Positions 63,399 through 64,000 of a stretch of 64,000 nt of DNA are shown here, piece after piece. Every line of letters begins with the position of its first letter. Position 1 is the stretch's first letter. This DNA is from an uncultured Gemmatimonadaceae bacterium (GTDB taxonomy: Bacteria > Gemmatimonadota > Gemmatimonadetes > Gemmatimonadales > Gemmatimonadaceae): assembly GCA_963781585.1 (NCBI GenBank), contig CAWAGQ010000013.1, forward strand, positions 320,001-384,000, given 5' to 3'. Made by a program: the position numbers and the translations under genes. The notes below the pieces were generated by a model, which was not told the DNA's origin, ran no database searches, and worked only from the letters and a program-made list of their open reading frames with translations.

Positions 63399-64000
63399 TC
63401 AAATGTTGTACTCCAGCTGCGGCTCGTCAGGCGCGCGCTGTCGCTCCACGGTGGCGGCGTGCGTCACCACGGATCCGGGAGGCACGCTGTGGGTGAGCCA
63501 GACGTTGCCGCCGATGACGCTGCCCGCGCCGATCACCGTATCGCCACCGAGGATGGTCGCGTTGGCATAGATCACCACGTCATCCTCGATCGTGGGGTGG
63601 CGCTTCTGTCGCGCCAGCTCCTTGCGCACGCTCAGGGCGCCGAGGGTCACCCCCTGATAGAGGCGGACGCGATCGCCGATGCTGCTCGTCTCGCCAATCA
63701 CTATCCCCGTGCCGTGGTCGATGGCGAGCGACCGGCCGATGCTCGCTCCGGGATGGATATCGATCCCCGTCGTCCGATGCGCGAATTCGGTGATCAGACG
63801 TGGCAGCAGCGGGATGCCCTGCTCGCACAACGTGTGGGCGATGCGAAAGCAGGCCAGCGCGAAGAAGCCCGGGTAGGCGAGGATGACTTCGTCGACGCTC
63901 TTGGCCGCCGGGTCTGCTTCGCAGGTGGCACGCGCGTCCAGGGTGAGGGCGTTGCGAAGCGCGGGAAGCGCGCGGGCAAACGCGTCGGCGTCTGTCTCGG
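63399..64000 (-). CDS. cysE: Serine O-acetyltransferase (partial, starts beyond the window)
   Basis: [39 protein letters not shown]. Confidence 0.93.
   Translation of the reverse strand, partial: ETDADAFARALPALRNALTLDARATCEADPAAKSVDEVILAYPGFFALACFRIAHTLCEQGIPLLPRLITEFAHRTTGIDIHPGASIGRSLAIDHGTGIVIGETSSIGDRVRLYQGVTLGALSVRKELARQKRHPTIEDDVVIYANATILGGDTVIGAGSVIGGNVWLTHSVPPGSVVTHAATVERQRAPDEPQLEYNI

Overview
High-GC bacterial DNA whose gene content (several ADOP-type duplicated ABC permeases with PadR, a SusC/SusD pair, a Ser/Thr kinase-TPR protein) suggests Gemmatimonadota (inference). The most striking region is 9.5-20.5 kb. It holds two directly repeated copies of an IS91/ISCR-type rolling-circle (HUH) element, each with an ISCR-like oriIS end, flanking an amidohydrolase gene and a 5'-truncated THUMP methyltransferase gene. 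The complete copy abuts an integrase-less integron cassette array: four complete attC sites plus one half site, all in the same orientation, with matching R'/R'' ends and two toxin-antitoxin cassettes. Other notable items are a pseudoknotted candidate RNA before a DUF4287/SRPBCC-like gene (48.5 kb), a nucleotidyltransferase-like gene coupled to a UvrA paralogue, a CGNR regulator coupled to an ADOP permease, several clear operator palindromes, a 26-bp REP-like repeat cluster, a probable CTG start codon, a Vat-like acetyltransferase, several clusters of gene fragments, and two +1 frameshifts that may be assembly errors. No rRNA, tRNA or CRISPR array was seen. All family assignments come from motif recognition by eye, not database searches.
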